A stretch of 62,980 bases of DNA, counting the filler, from Welwitschia mirabilis (lineage: Eukaryota): the NCBI GenBank assembly GCA_051453625.1. It is 6 parts of one record of this genome, joined end to end, with 100 filler letters (N's around TTAATTAATTAA, not from the genome) between each part and the next. Parts side by side here need not be neighbours in the genome. Positions count along the whole stretch, not along the records: positions 1 to 21,810 come from JBOZIK010000001.1; 5 more parts are not named here. The stretch is one strand, 5' to 3'. A program made the position numbers and the translations under genes. The notes under the pieces were generated by a model. It was not told where the DNA came from. It did not search any database and saw only the letters and a program-made list of their open reading frames with translations. Positions 1-12,900 of this stretch are shown here, piece by piece. Within the stretch, counting starts at the first letter, position 1. Every line of letters starts with the position of its first letter.

Positions 1-442
1 CTTGAGCGTTTTGTGGATTATTGTGGATCCCAAACATAGAAAAACCTTAGAGCTGAATTTAAAACTAAACGAAACCACTCTAATCTTTAATTGAAATAAA
101 AAATTAGAGCTTTTAAAATGTCTTCATACTTATCGTTTAGTTTACACCTACTTGAAAATGTCATAATGATCAAAATATTCCATGTACATTGGGTTTGAAC
201 CTCAAAAAAAAGCAAACCTCTCTAGATCTTTGCAGATCTCTGGATCTGTGCAAAACTCTTTGGCTTTCTAAAGATCTTTTCATATCGTTGGATCACCGAG
301 ATTACGATCAAGAGTCTCGATCTAGAGTCTCTGGATCCAAATCTAGAAGGAGTTCGATCTAGAACCAATGCAGACCTTTGTTTTCCTGACTGAGAACCAC
401 ATTATCCCAGATCATGATTCGGATATGAATTTCACAACTATG
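1..442. mobile_element. End of a probable non-autonomous DNA transposon (GATC-rich subterminal region)
   Basis: Dense GGATC/AGATC motifs ending in ...CACAACTATG, a terminus resembling that of the MITE at 29458-29678. The other end lies outside the window, so no TIR pair or TSD can be checked. Confidence 0.35.
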
Positions 443-1290
443 ATTAGCACTTATACTCAAACTGAGTTAAGCAAGACACTACCTTTATCTAGGCATCTCT
501 GTTTAGGAATAACAATTTTTTGTGTTTAAAAAATGTCAAAATGTTACAATTTTATTTAAGTTCTTCTATCTTCTTATTATTCTTACCTTGTTGGAAAGGT
601 TAATCCATGGAAAACCATACTGCACTCACTAAGGTCACTAGAGTGGTTGGTTGGATGATCATCCATGGGTGGCCCCTACTAGACTAAGAGCTAGCCACTA
701 AACGTGTGGGCCTCACCTATGATTCATACAAAAGACTTTTAAGCCCATGCCTGGTTGCACCTTGAATACATAGGAATGAAATATTTATTGTTGTGATTGT
801 AGGAAACAGAATCAATATAAACAGTTCCAGATCATTATTATCATAGGATCTATCACCTTGGACCTTAGATCCTAGTCTATGTAATTTCATTAAATCTTTC
901 TCAAACCATCTAAACATGATCCATATATCATTCTGACATCTCCAACATGTTGTTACCATCAAATTCCCAGTTAATCGTGAAGATGTAGCACTTCCAATCA
1001 AATGTATCACAACCGTCCATAGTAAAAATCTTCTACAACCTAGATGCAGCATCCTTGAACTCACACATGCAAATATCCCCTCTACCAGCAAGGTCCAATG
1101 TGGCAATATGTTCAATACAAACTGCAAATGTACAGTGATAATTACTCCTCGATGATAGCTTTAACAAAGATCAAAACTAGGCCTTCCACAAAAGCTGCCT
1201 AGAAAACCAAACACAAAAGACAGGTGCTAAACCAACTGACATTTGCACATAGATCTCTGGAATGTAACTTCCAATTAATTAAGGCAGTGG

Positions 1291-2334
1291 TGTTAGCAAT
1301 CTTTTACCCTAGAGGGGTGCATGAATAGGGTGCTTAATAAATTTTAAGTGCTTTACTAATATATATTCAAAAGAACAAACTAGACTAACAACAGAGAGAA
1401 ATGAAAAATAGAAAGCAAACAAAAGCAGAATCACACTAGTTTTTATAGTGGGAGCCTTGGGGTCTACTCCACTCTCACGGAGCAGCAGAAAAGCCTTCTA
1501 GTGCCCTGGTTCCCTTAAACAACTCTTGCTTTAACAAGTGCAAGGAACCCCTTACAACACTCAGGCTTTTTACCCTACAAGCCAGCTTCACAATCCAATG
1601 AAGCAGAAACAATAGTACATGTAACAAGTATTTTGATCTTCAAGGTGTGTCTCACTACACAAATGATCGAAGAGGCCTTTCAGAGCTTGTCCAATGAATT
1701 ACAAAGCAATGTAAGAGTAGAGATTTGGGATAAAAGGTTGTATCAATAGTCAATGCCTCTTCTTTCTTGGTTCAATATTGAACCCTATCTCTTTTCAAAA
1801 AGATTTCTCCTTTTAAGGAGACATAACAAGATTTTAGGAAGGAAGTGGAGAAGAAGAGAGAAACTTGCTGCTGAGAGTTTGGAAAAGATGCCAAATTTAC
1901 CAAAGCAATTGCAGTTCAAAAATGGTCATAATATCTTTTTGAAATATAGCCTTTGCAGGGTCAGATGTTCCAATTTTGCTTCGGATGTCCCAAGTTTTAA
2001 CTGCTGAGATCTGCTTGCAAGGTCGGATGTCCCAAGTTGCAAGGTTGGAGATCCCAGCTCGTAGGGTCAGAGGTCCCAGTACATTTTCGACCAGAGAGTC
2101 TGCAAATTCCTATAAGCAAAGTCGGTCGTCCCAGACTTGGTTTTCAGATATCCCAGAGATAATTCAGTTCTTCTCCTGATAAACCTGGATGTCCTAGACT
2201 TCAAATTCAGACGTCCAACTTCTTCTCAGCTTCTTTATATTGCTGCCAGTCCTTGTCTTTTTGACAAAAGATTTATGCTGGTCTTCTTCTTCAAACAGTC
2301 AATCGTCGAAACCAAATCGTCCTAATACTCAACA
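1291..2334 (-). mobile_element. Solo LTR of a Sirevirus-like copia family (1044 bp)
   Basis: TGTT...AACA termini; flanks AGTGG/AGGGG (5-bp TSD, 1 mismatch). Shares the CCTAGAGGGG..TGAATAGGG terminal motif and GGATGTCC repeats with the LTRs at 52781 and 54661. Confidence 0.82.
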
Positions 2335-3647
2335 AGGGGAGTGGACTCATTTTTAGTTGTTCTCACTGTCATTATTTTTCTGCATTATCTATGAAATCAA
2401 TAAGGTAAGCAACAGCAAAGGACTGACAGCCTTTAAAAGTTTGTCATCTTACTGAAAACAGTTCAATATTTCTGCTTTTAGAGGAATAAGCACAGGAGCT
2501 TTTCTGGATTTGTCACACTACCTATCAGAATTCAAAGGTACATTCAAGTCACCCAGCTGGTAGGGAAAAGTTTGTTTCACACGTAGCCTAAGCTAAGGAC
2601 AACCAGTGTGTGTTTGGAGCTAAAAAGAGGCATTCATAAACATATGTGACTTGCTACTCAGTCAACTAACACTATTAAAACAAATCCAGACTCGATTTTG
2701 GAATCCTGATCACCTGCCTAGTCCTGTTTTCTCCAAGCACCGTCCTAACAAAATTCAAAACCAACTTGGCTATCATCACTTAATAGCAATTCCTATTTGT
2801 GATCTGAACTATATTTCTTCATGCAGAAAATAGCAAATGTTTACTTGTCAAGCAATGTCCATGTAATACCAAAAGATGGTTTTTAGTTACAATGGTTGCA
2901 AAGCTCACAGTTCAAAAATATGACAAATTTCAGACTGCTACTTACTATTCCCAAAAAACATAAGGGATGGGGGAAAAAAGGCATGCATAGTGATCACTAA
3001 TATATCAGGCCCCCATACACTATCCTGTTTCTCATAAGAGAAGCTGAAATATGATATCGATTATTTAACTCATATTGACTTTGTCACTTTGCCTATCTAA
3101 TACGTTGAAGACTAACAAAATTTCAGATTTCATCAGAAACTCCAAAACATGCATCAAACATTAACCCAATGCTAAGAAATGACTGTCCATTGACTAATAT
3201 CACTGTTAATTGTTTCCCTCTTTCATTTAACATGAATTGCAGTAATAGATTCATGTCTCAGGGCTTTGCAGTTTGCTTTGTTGCATATAATTATGTACAA
3301 TGACACCATGAGGGTCCTCCCATTCTCTTGAGACTCGGTTTGTGCAAAACACTGACAGTATCCATTTTTCGCAATCGTTTGAGGTTGGTAAGTGGTAATC
3401 ATCAATTACAATGTTTATGCTTAGAAATTATCAAGCATTTATGAGACTTCACATCTATAGAAAATACAATGAGTAGAGTAAAATCCATCTCCCACACAGC
3501 ACATCTAATTTGGAAACAATAATATTTAGCTGGTCATATAACAGAAGAAATGCACTTAAAACTAAACTCTATAGATTAAACTATGTTCAAACAAAGAGTA
3601 TGTGGAACTGTGTGTCATTCATAAGTGGAACTGCTTCTCATTCATAC

Positions 3648-4307
3648 CTCTGTGCAGTCTTCCAAGTTTCGCCTACTACAACCATGCTTCCTCGTCACTG
3701 AACATCCCAAGGTAATTGCCTGTTCAGGAGGAACAACAGCTGCTGTTGGATAGTTGCCATCGTTTGTTGCAACTGTAGGAAATGATGTCCCATTATAGTG
3801 ATGACTTTTAATACTTCCATTTACCACTGCAGGTTTCTTAGATGTGCTGGGTGGCAAGCCACCAAGATTTGTTCCAAAGGGCACAAATTTAGCTTTATTT
3901 GAATGGGGTACAGGTCTCAATTTTGCTAGCATCCGTTGCCTTTTCCCCGGTGGAATTTCAGAGATTGATATTCTTTTTCTCGATTGATCTCGCCCACTAA
4001 TACTAGGGCCTTCTGAAGGTGGGGAAAATATTGGATTCCTGCCTCTGACATCCAGATCAGCATTTTTGCTTTCAGGGGTACATTCAAATGGGAATGGCCT
4101 TTTCTTTCTTGGAAGTGGAGTCGATAGCCAACATGGCAATACCCTCTCACATGATTCACATCGCCCACTCTGTTCTCCTTTCTTAGGTAGTGTTCCAGTG
4201 ACATCACTGCATCTCTGAAAAGCAGCAACAGACACTCCATCGACACCAGCAACACCCAAAGAAGCCAAATTCACGTAAGAATTCTGCAGTGCAAGCTGGC
4301 GGAGAAT
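3648..4307 (-). CDS. ARID4: ARID4-like exon (ILRQLALQNSYVNLASLGVAGV...KHGCSRRNLEDCTE), last exon before the ARID domain
   Basis: Acceptor CAG at 4310-4308, donor GT at 3647-3646; 660 nt, phase 0/0; overlaps ORF 3642..4274. Confidence 0.92.
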
Positions 4308-7300
4308 CTGTAAATTTTACAGCAAAATAATAAAGCATGAAATACATTACAGTCAGACATAACAGTAAAATAGACAGTCCACATTAAATCTGCGAACTAC
4401 CTGGCCAGCCCATGCTGGTGCTTTAATAGTAGCCTCCATTGTCGAGGCACCAGAAGCAATACAGGAAGTCACTCGTATGCCTGGATGTAAAGTTGGGCCC
4501 CTATCTCCTGAAGATGTAAACTGTACAAATTGGCTCCTGTTTAACAGCTCCCGTCTAATGCCATGTTCCAAGAGCTGTGTCATTAGGGAATAAAGGAGTA
4601 TGAGTGAATGAACAAATTAATATTAAATCATGATAGTCCAATTGCAGGTTCAAAAAAATGAAGCCTGTGGATGCTGACAATAACAATATCCCAAAAACTA
4701 ACCTCCAATTGGATCTCATGAAATTGTAAAACATTTTCAATGTTTCAATTCACAAAGCAACAAAGGATTTAAAAATCACTTACAATGGAACTAAACTTCC
4801 CTTCGTCACTAATATGTACTTAACATAATAAAATAGCCAAGCCATCGCATATTAATCAGTTTATGAGTGCTTAAATATCATGTCTCGTGGGTTCTTCTAA
4901 ATGCAGAAACCCAGGAAAAGCATTATGTGAGGGTAGAATATCAAAAATGACTCTATGAAAGACTTCTTGGTACCAATAGTAGCAATAACACAAGTGAAAG
5001 AATGTAATAGGCTAACATAACATCGGTAACTCAAAGATTGCAATTCATGCCAATGATACCATGGCCTTGGCATTACACCATCAGTACAACAGTCAATGCC
5101 CAATAGTCTAAAGCTTTGCAACAGTAGCCATAGAACTAGTCAATCTCGATCTTCAATGGTATCAGCAAAAATACCTTTGACACTCAGAATATCATTGATT
5201 GTCTTCTAAAGCTATCGACATGTTAACATGAACATGCATGAAATGTATTCATTTATATCACACTGGGAACCTGTACTCCCTTCCAGAGACATCTGAAATT
5301 GACCTGCATGCTCGGAACACATTCCCAAGAGTAGCTGCTTACATCTGATATGTTACATATTCGGGCTTGGAGGGATCTGTAGCCAGACTTTCTGTGCTCA
5401 ATCATCATGATGAGGCATGAATTATGATTATGGATCATGTATGTCTCCTCCATGCTTTCCCTTTTAACGCAGGGCCATTCTTTGACAGAAATAGAATTAA
5501 TAATTAAAGTCATTAGACGCTAGATTTATTAGACATTGAAGTCTGGAATTGTAAGGCTTCATGTTGGATTTCCCAAGGAGGAAACTTGGGCTTAAACTTT
5601 ATGTATAACCAAGTTTGTGAGGCCCAATTTGCAAGTGAAACAGAGGAATTTTAGGCTGCAACTAGCTGCAACGTGTCAGGCTCTTTTTCAGCTGCAAAAA
5701 TGAGAGAGAATTTTGCTGAATTTGACCAAGAAATGATGAAATTATGCCCGAATTAGTGGAGGCATTTTTTATGTAACTTTTAGGTATAGAATCTTGTAAT
5801 TATTAGGTCTTAAGTTAGAATGTTGTAACAGCCCTAACCTACAATTTCTGAGTTTGTAAAAAGCTCCTCCATGGCCTATAAACTGAAAGGACTAGCAGGC
5901 ATTTGCACATCACTCTTATGGGAATTTTCATTTGGAGTTGGAAAGTTGTGATGGAAGGGCGTTTCCAACCCTCATGCTTAAGCAAATTTTATAAGCATAT
6001 CCTCTACTCAATATTTCTTGTTAGTTGAAATAACATTCATTAGTTGCTTCCAATGCTATTATTGTATTCTTGGTTTCACATTCCCTAAGCTAGATGCTGG
6101 GGCTTTCATTGCATGACTCTACATCAGCTTGGTATCAGAGCTACTATGGTAACAATGTTTTGGTTGGGTTTTTGAGTCGAAATTGCAGGAAACATGATTC
6201 CAAAAAAGCCTACCACCACCCGTTAGCAAAAGAGGTGGTTGAAGCAAGAGGAAGTCATGAGTGAGCTTCAACACATGATGCAAGTTCTCATCCAAAATAT
6301 AGGTGTAAATTAGAAGAAGTAGAAGAAGAGGAAGTGAAGGAACCACTCTCAAGGCAAAAGATATCTCGTGTTGATCCCTCTAAGTGCAGTCCTAACAATA
6401 CGGAAAAACTCTTCTTGGGGTCTATTGCGAAGATAAGTCAAAAGGAGCCTTTGGACATGAAACCATATGAGGGAAGCATGCAGCCAGAAAATCTAAAAAG
6501 AATTGATTCATGGGATTGAGAAGTACCTTCAAAAAGAAAGAAAACACCCAAGGAGATAATGATGCACATTTAATAATAGAGGGAAACTTCAATGACATGT
6601 CTGATTTGTAAGCTAACCATGTCACCGCATGCCTAAATGAGTCCTGTCTTGCACTTATTGAACATATGACATAAGATATCCATGATAACATCATATGGCA
6701 CATGTTGATAAATCAAGAATAATAGTGACTCATAAATTCAAGTTAGTAAACAAGTCTTTCATATTCAAAGGTTGAAAGTTAGTAAATGTAAAACAAAGAA
6801 TAAATATATAAAATGCAACCTAAGCAAGTAGATATTGAAGGCCAGTGTTTAACAAAATTATTTTTTCCCCTTATTCCATAACTGATGTTATAACAGGATG
6901 GTGAGATGGATGGAAATCTGTCAAGAAAATTTGGAGCAAAGGTAATATATGACATGTTCTAAAAAGCACAATAAAAAAGCAGTGAGAAGAACTAGTCTAT
7001 TTGGTAAACGAGTATGCTTAAATGGATTCATTGTCTCACAAGAAATGGGGTAATAAGCAATAAGTACATTAGAGGAAGCATAAATATCTTCCTAACTGGG
7101 GAAAGAAGAAAGACAATTTAGAGGGCTTGACATTCAACCTAGACCATACAGAACACTTGTGAATCGTGTGGAACAACAAGGGAAAAGAGCAAAGAAAACT
7201 GCAAGCAGATTTAATGAGGTTCGAGATCTCAAACAACACAAATCTGTTTATTAGAATATGCAAAAGCCTCTTGCACATCTTCTCCAACCCATGCTTCTCT

Positions 7301-9932
7301 TTTATTACACTTTATTCTAGGGTTTCAATCCTTTAAAAAAAAAAAAAAGCTTTAACATTCACTCAACTCCCAACCCACATTAAGCTACATCGAAATAATT
7401 TTTACAACTTTACGAGGGTAAAGACACTTAAGCCACTTAAAAGGAACATAATAAAAAGGGGAAGATTTGGCTTCACTTTTCTAACATTCCCCCACTTGAA
7501 GACAAATCTAATTAGTCTTCATATAAACAAAAGCAACATCGACAAATAATAAAATCAGGAACTGCAACATCACCATCCAAGACAACCCCCTCAATGCTAA
7601 CCACAACAAACAGAAAGAAAGCTAACATGCAAAAGAGCCAATGGGGGTTTACACCACATTCTAAAGAACATCCACACACAACAACATCCAACCAAGACCA
7701 GCTCTCATCAAACCAAATAGACAGAAGAAGTACCAAAACCAAACTAATACGGACAACCTTCAAACATGCCTAAACACGTAGTCTGTAACCAAACAACAAC
7801 AAGATATAAACAAAGCGAAACAAACACAGAAAATACACAAAGACCTTCCGCTGGCTATAGATTAGATACCAGAAGAAAAAGATCATACCCAGCTCATCAG
7901 CACCAAAGCACGTCTTCCTCTACAGCAAAAAGACCAACCTGTCCTAAAGTTTTAGATCAGTCTTACGAGATGAGGCAATATCTTTTTTAAGTTCTAGGCA
8001 GTTCTTTTTCACATGTCCAAGTTCCTTGCAATGCCAGCATCCCCATGATTTCCTTCTGGCTTGCTCCCTCCTCCTCTTGACAACCAAAGACTCACCTATA
8101 GATCAACCATGAATATTGGCTAAAACGACAAACCTCTTCAACCAACTTCAGAGATCAGCATAACCAGAGTATTGCTACTCAACACCACCACAAGACGGTT
8201 CCATGAGCAACAAACTCAAATGAGTCATTGTCTTGTCCTCATCAAAGATTTTTACCCTTAACGCAGTTATCTGTGACATGAGAGAGTTGAAACATTGCAA
8301 ATAATATGCCATGCTTCCGTCTGCTTCAAGTTTCATATGATGTAACTTCCAATGAAGAAAAACCCTATTTGTAATAGTTTTCACCTCGTAGAGATTCCTC
8401 AAATTCTTCAACAAGTCATGTGCAATCTTTTCATCCTGCACATATGCAAGAACTAAGTCATCTAAACAATGTTGGGTAACAACCAAAACTTTGCAGTCCA
8501 GCTTGGCCCCTTCATCTGAAGTCACAGTTTATGAGAGGATCCTTATATGGGCCACATCAGATCTTACTCATACAAAGGGTCTTCCACCTTCAACTTCCAA
8601 AGCTCATAGTTCCTCTTGTCAAATATGTCTACTAGAACAATGTTGTTCTCCATGTTGCATGCAGCTAGTATGAAAACAAGTTTACAAATCTAAATACCTA
8701 CCTCAAAACAAGTCACCGAAAATAACACATCAAACCCTAATCGCTTCGCTCACTTGTTCCACTGTAGTCTCTTGTCTTCCTCCAGTTCGCTCTAGTCCCT
8801 GGCACATGGGATTGTCGATGAACTCCTACAAGAACCCCCTTGTCCAACAAACACTCGTGCTTCAGTCCACAACCAAGAGCTTTCATACCACTTGTTAAGA
8901 AATAACGAGCAAAAATAGCAAAGAAAAATAGAAGCAAATTTGATAAGGTTCAAAATTGCAAACAATGCAGAACACTTTATTAGGAAAGCCAAAAGCCTCT
9001 TGTACATCTTTCCCAACAAATGCTTCCCTTTCACAAGCTAACAGGACTCACTAACTCAACTCCCAACCCACATAAGTTACATAAAAAATAACTTTTGCAA
9101 CTTTATAAGCGTAAAGACCCTTTAAGCCAATTAAAAGCAACATAATAAAAAGGGGAAGATTTGGCTTCACTTTTCTAACAAGTACATCAAATCAAGTGAA
9201 AGCAATAAAAACAGGAACAACAATCAAGACAAAGTGTGAGCCTACAAATGTTGTTGATAATGTTGTAGGTGACAAGCATGGAGCTAGAGGTTGTGAAGAG
9301 AGACTTCCAGTCTCATCAACCCCCAAAGTCATTCTCATACAACTCACGACAAGGGAATCTGCACTACTTCTGGAATGAGAGTGATATTTCAGATGTATGC
9401 ATTGTAGATTTCATTTGCTATGGCTATGACTATTTTGTAATGAATAATCATACAATCATTTAGGAGCAGCTTCTAAGTAGTCTTTCAATAATTATATAAT
9501 AGGAACTTTCATTTTTTCAGCTTCCAAGAAGCACATGTTTCATTGTCATCACCATAATTCCATGTGATTCTACCTTTTTATTTATGTCATGTAATGAAGA
9601 ATGTGTGCTTCCCAACCGGCTAGGTTACTAGATGAAAAGTTATCAGCAAAGATACATATAACATCCTTAAATCAGACATTGAAACATTTTGGCTACCCAG
9701 ATATTAGCCCAGATTCCTCAGTGGGTCACTACTTCGACTGCCAAATTCTAGTCTGGCAAAAAAAAAGAGTCTGCTCTTAGGTTGGATTCACCATCTAAAC
9801 ACAGGATTGTTATATACACTTGAAGATTTGAGAATATCAGCATGAGTAGGAGAGTGCTATACGCAAAATTCAACACGTCAAGAGACATACATTCAGGAAA
9901 AGTAAATTGCATACTTCATTTAAATTCTTTTC

Positions 9933-9972
<40 letters not shown>

Positions 9973-12900
9973 TCTGAAACCTATGGCAAACATAGCCAGC
10001 TGTAACCAAAATAATGTTTGAAGTAAACCATAACAAATTAGAAAGAAACCACCTCACACATATAAGCTCCTTGAAATTTGATACAACACCAAGCTAAGTG
10101 AATGCATAGCAAAAAAATGTAAAAAGAATGCAAAAGCCTTGTCCAAGTTTCAGTCGTTTCCAAAGCAGTTTAAAAAGGAGGGAGGAAAAATCATTCAATT
10201 CCAACTCAATTTAAAAGGAGGAGAGAAAAAATCTAGCCAAGAATGATAATGCTAATAGGAAAATGCACAAACCTCATCCTTCAAACATACATCTGCACTG
10301 CCAGAAACAATGAAAGATAGTCTAGCAAAATTTGAAGTGCATACATCACATCGCATGGTAACCATTCCCCTGACCAAGGTTGACGCAGCTGCTGGTGGAA
10401 GTGGTGCACTGTATTGCAAAAACAAAAGACTAGTATGAGCTACATTCCTAGAAACCTTCTCGACAGCGATCTCTAAACAACAAATGTATTTGTTGGGGTG
10501 GAAAAATTTGAATCAACAAACAAAACACTAACATAACAAGTTATGCATGCAAGCAAAGACCATCCGTATAAAATAATAATTATAATGATTGAATAGAAAA
10601 TATTTTCATGAGGAAAGGCACAAATAATAATGAAAAGCTATAATTCCTGACATAGCAATGTGAAAAATCTTGGGCATATTCCTTAAAAATTGTGAGTTAG
10701 AGGCACCTGAATGTTTATGAATGGCCACTACCATGATGACACAATGATTGTTACCAAACAGTCAGGATTGAATCTTTGCACATGTTAAAGGAATTAGGCT
10801 TGTAGCTAAAGTGACAAAAATAAGAAGTATCTTTCACCCCTATTAAGCCCAAAACTAAGCAGAAAAGTACTTCTAGGAAGGGAGTTCAAGAGGGAAGAAA
10901 TTGATTAAATATACTTAGGAATAGTTATTCATAGATGGCACAGGGCAGCTTACTGAACTCTTGGAATCATGGACTACTAGCTTTTTGTCCAACCAAAAAA
11001 TAATAAAAAATATCCCACTCAACTCAATTATTAGTCCTATTCTAAGATAATTTTCTTTTGCTATTGCCCTTGCCAAGGCAGTCATTCAAACCCTCAATTG
11101 AGGTCTATTAGAAATTTTATTTTGTTTGGTGAAAGGGATAAAGAAAGGTTACACATTCTCAACTCAAAAAAAAAAGTGTCAAACCTAAGGAAGCTGCAGG
11201 ATGGGAAATTAAGAAACACTGAAATAAGGATCATTATGGGCTTGGCAAAGCTGAAGCATTGAATCAAGAACCGGGGGAACAAGTGCTGAATCAAATTTGT
11301 CAACTACATCACAGGGGTAATTCCGTCCTATGGAAACATCTTTGTATACCAAGGCAGAACTGCATGAACATGGAGATGAGCCATGGGAGAATAGTAAAGC
11401 TATAACAATCAAGAAATATGGTAAATTCAAGAATTGGAACAAACTGTGGTAGGTAAATTTACCAGAAAAAAAATCAATATATTTAATTCGTTTTTTAATT
11501 AAAAGGAGACTTTAAACGAGAGATGTCCTAAGGAAACACGGGTAAACAGTGACAAATTATGCCCTATGTATCAAGATCATGCTGAGATAGCAGTATATTT
11601 GTTTTATGAATGTAAACGGAATCACATTTTCTTATAAAACTTTTATTCTGATTTGACAAATACTCTTTATAATGACCTGGATCTAACAATAAATGAAAGG
11701 TACTTTTCAGGATTTCCAACTTGGAAATTATGGCATCGTCAGGATAAGGTTATACTCCAATTTGAAGCACTCCCTCCACCTGAAATCTTCATAAGCCTCT
11801 GGGGAGGGTCGCAACAGCCAGAAAGGGACAAAATGGCAATTAACCAATCACATGAACTGGCTTCCTGTATCTTATACCAAAATAATGATGAGTTATGAAG
11901 AATGGGGACAGATCTTACATACAGTGCACTGTTCCAAAAATTACAAGTGATCCCAAGGTGAGTACACCAAAGGTCTTCAAGAATTAGGGAAACGGGTGTA
12001 CCACATTTTGACGTGTTGAGCTTCCTCTCTGTGTGCAACACTTGGAATGCCTTCTAGGACTGAGCATAGAAAATCAAATTGCAGCCACTAACATCAGGAG
12101 ACACATTCATACTGTCCAATTTCATCCTAACGACATTTGAAAGGTTTTGAATAGACATCTATACAGGATAGCCCTGGAGCCTATCTTGCAATTTGGGAAG
12201 CAAGTAATGCACAGACTTTTTATATAATATAGGAACCTTGCGAAGGTTCAAGGGAATTTTTTTGTTTTCATGAAAGCACTGAGATTCGAAGGCTAATGAA
12301 CCTTTCTGAGTATTTCTTCCAAGCTCTTCCAAAAACAGTTGTTACAAGACATTCTGGTCTAATCTGTGCCCTCTGGAGGGCAGCATGTAGTAATTCTAAA
12401 GATGAGGAGCACTTTGATTCTTTTTGCCACTGTGATCCCCTCCCAAGAGCGGCTTCTCTCCTATCCCCCTCTCGCTTCACTCCAAAACTAGATTTGCCAC
12501 TTCCCCCTTCTCCTCCAGTCCTCCTACCCATGCCCCAAGGGATGATTTGATCCTGCTGCCTCTTTTCCTTCTCCACAAGCCATCATTCACTGCTTCACCC
12601 TTTGCATCCCCACAAATTCACTCAATTGGCAATCTCACACCCAGCTCCCCACTGAACCTGAGCCAGATAAAATGGACAGGCAGACTGACCATCAAACAAC
12701 AATTCTCTATACAACCAAAACTCTAGATGAGTGCCCTTTTAGCTTTATTGGGGTTAATTACAAAGCTTTTGCTGAAGAAGTCAGGAAAATTGACTACTGC
12801 CATAAAATTACTTCCAGATAAAAATACAGAAGTTATTGAACAATTCAAAAGGCTTAGTGACATGGCAATGATCGTGCAGAACCACTGTGGGTAGCGGCAT

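Noticed and set aside
880..1140. Possible PIF/Harbinger transposase remnant in ORF 717..1127
   Set aside because: Only vague motif echoes across frames (LAGRG, SSRML, MDG); too weak to call without a profile search.
12268..12576. Overlapping ORFs of 84-102 aa with a Pro-rich/Gly-rich tract
   Set aside because: Low-complexity intronic sequence with no recognisable domain or splice context.
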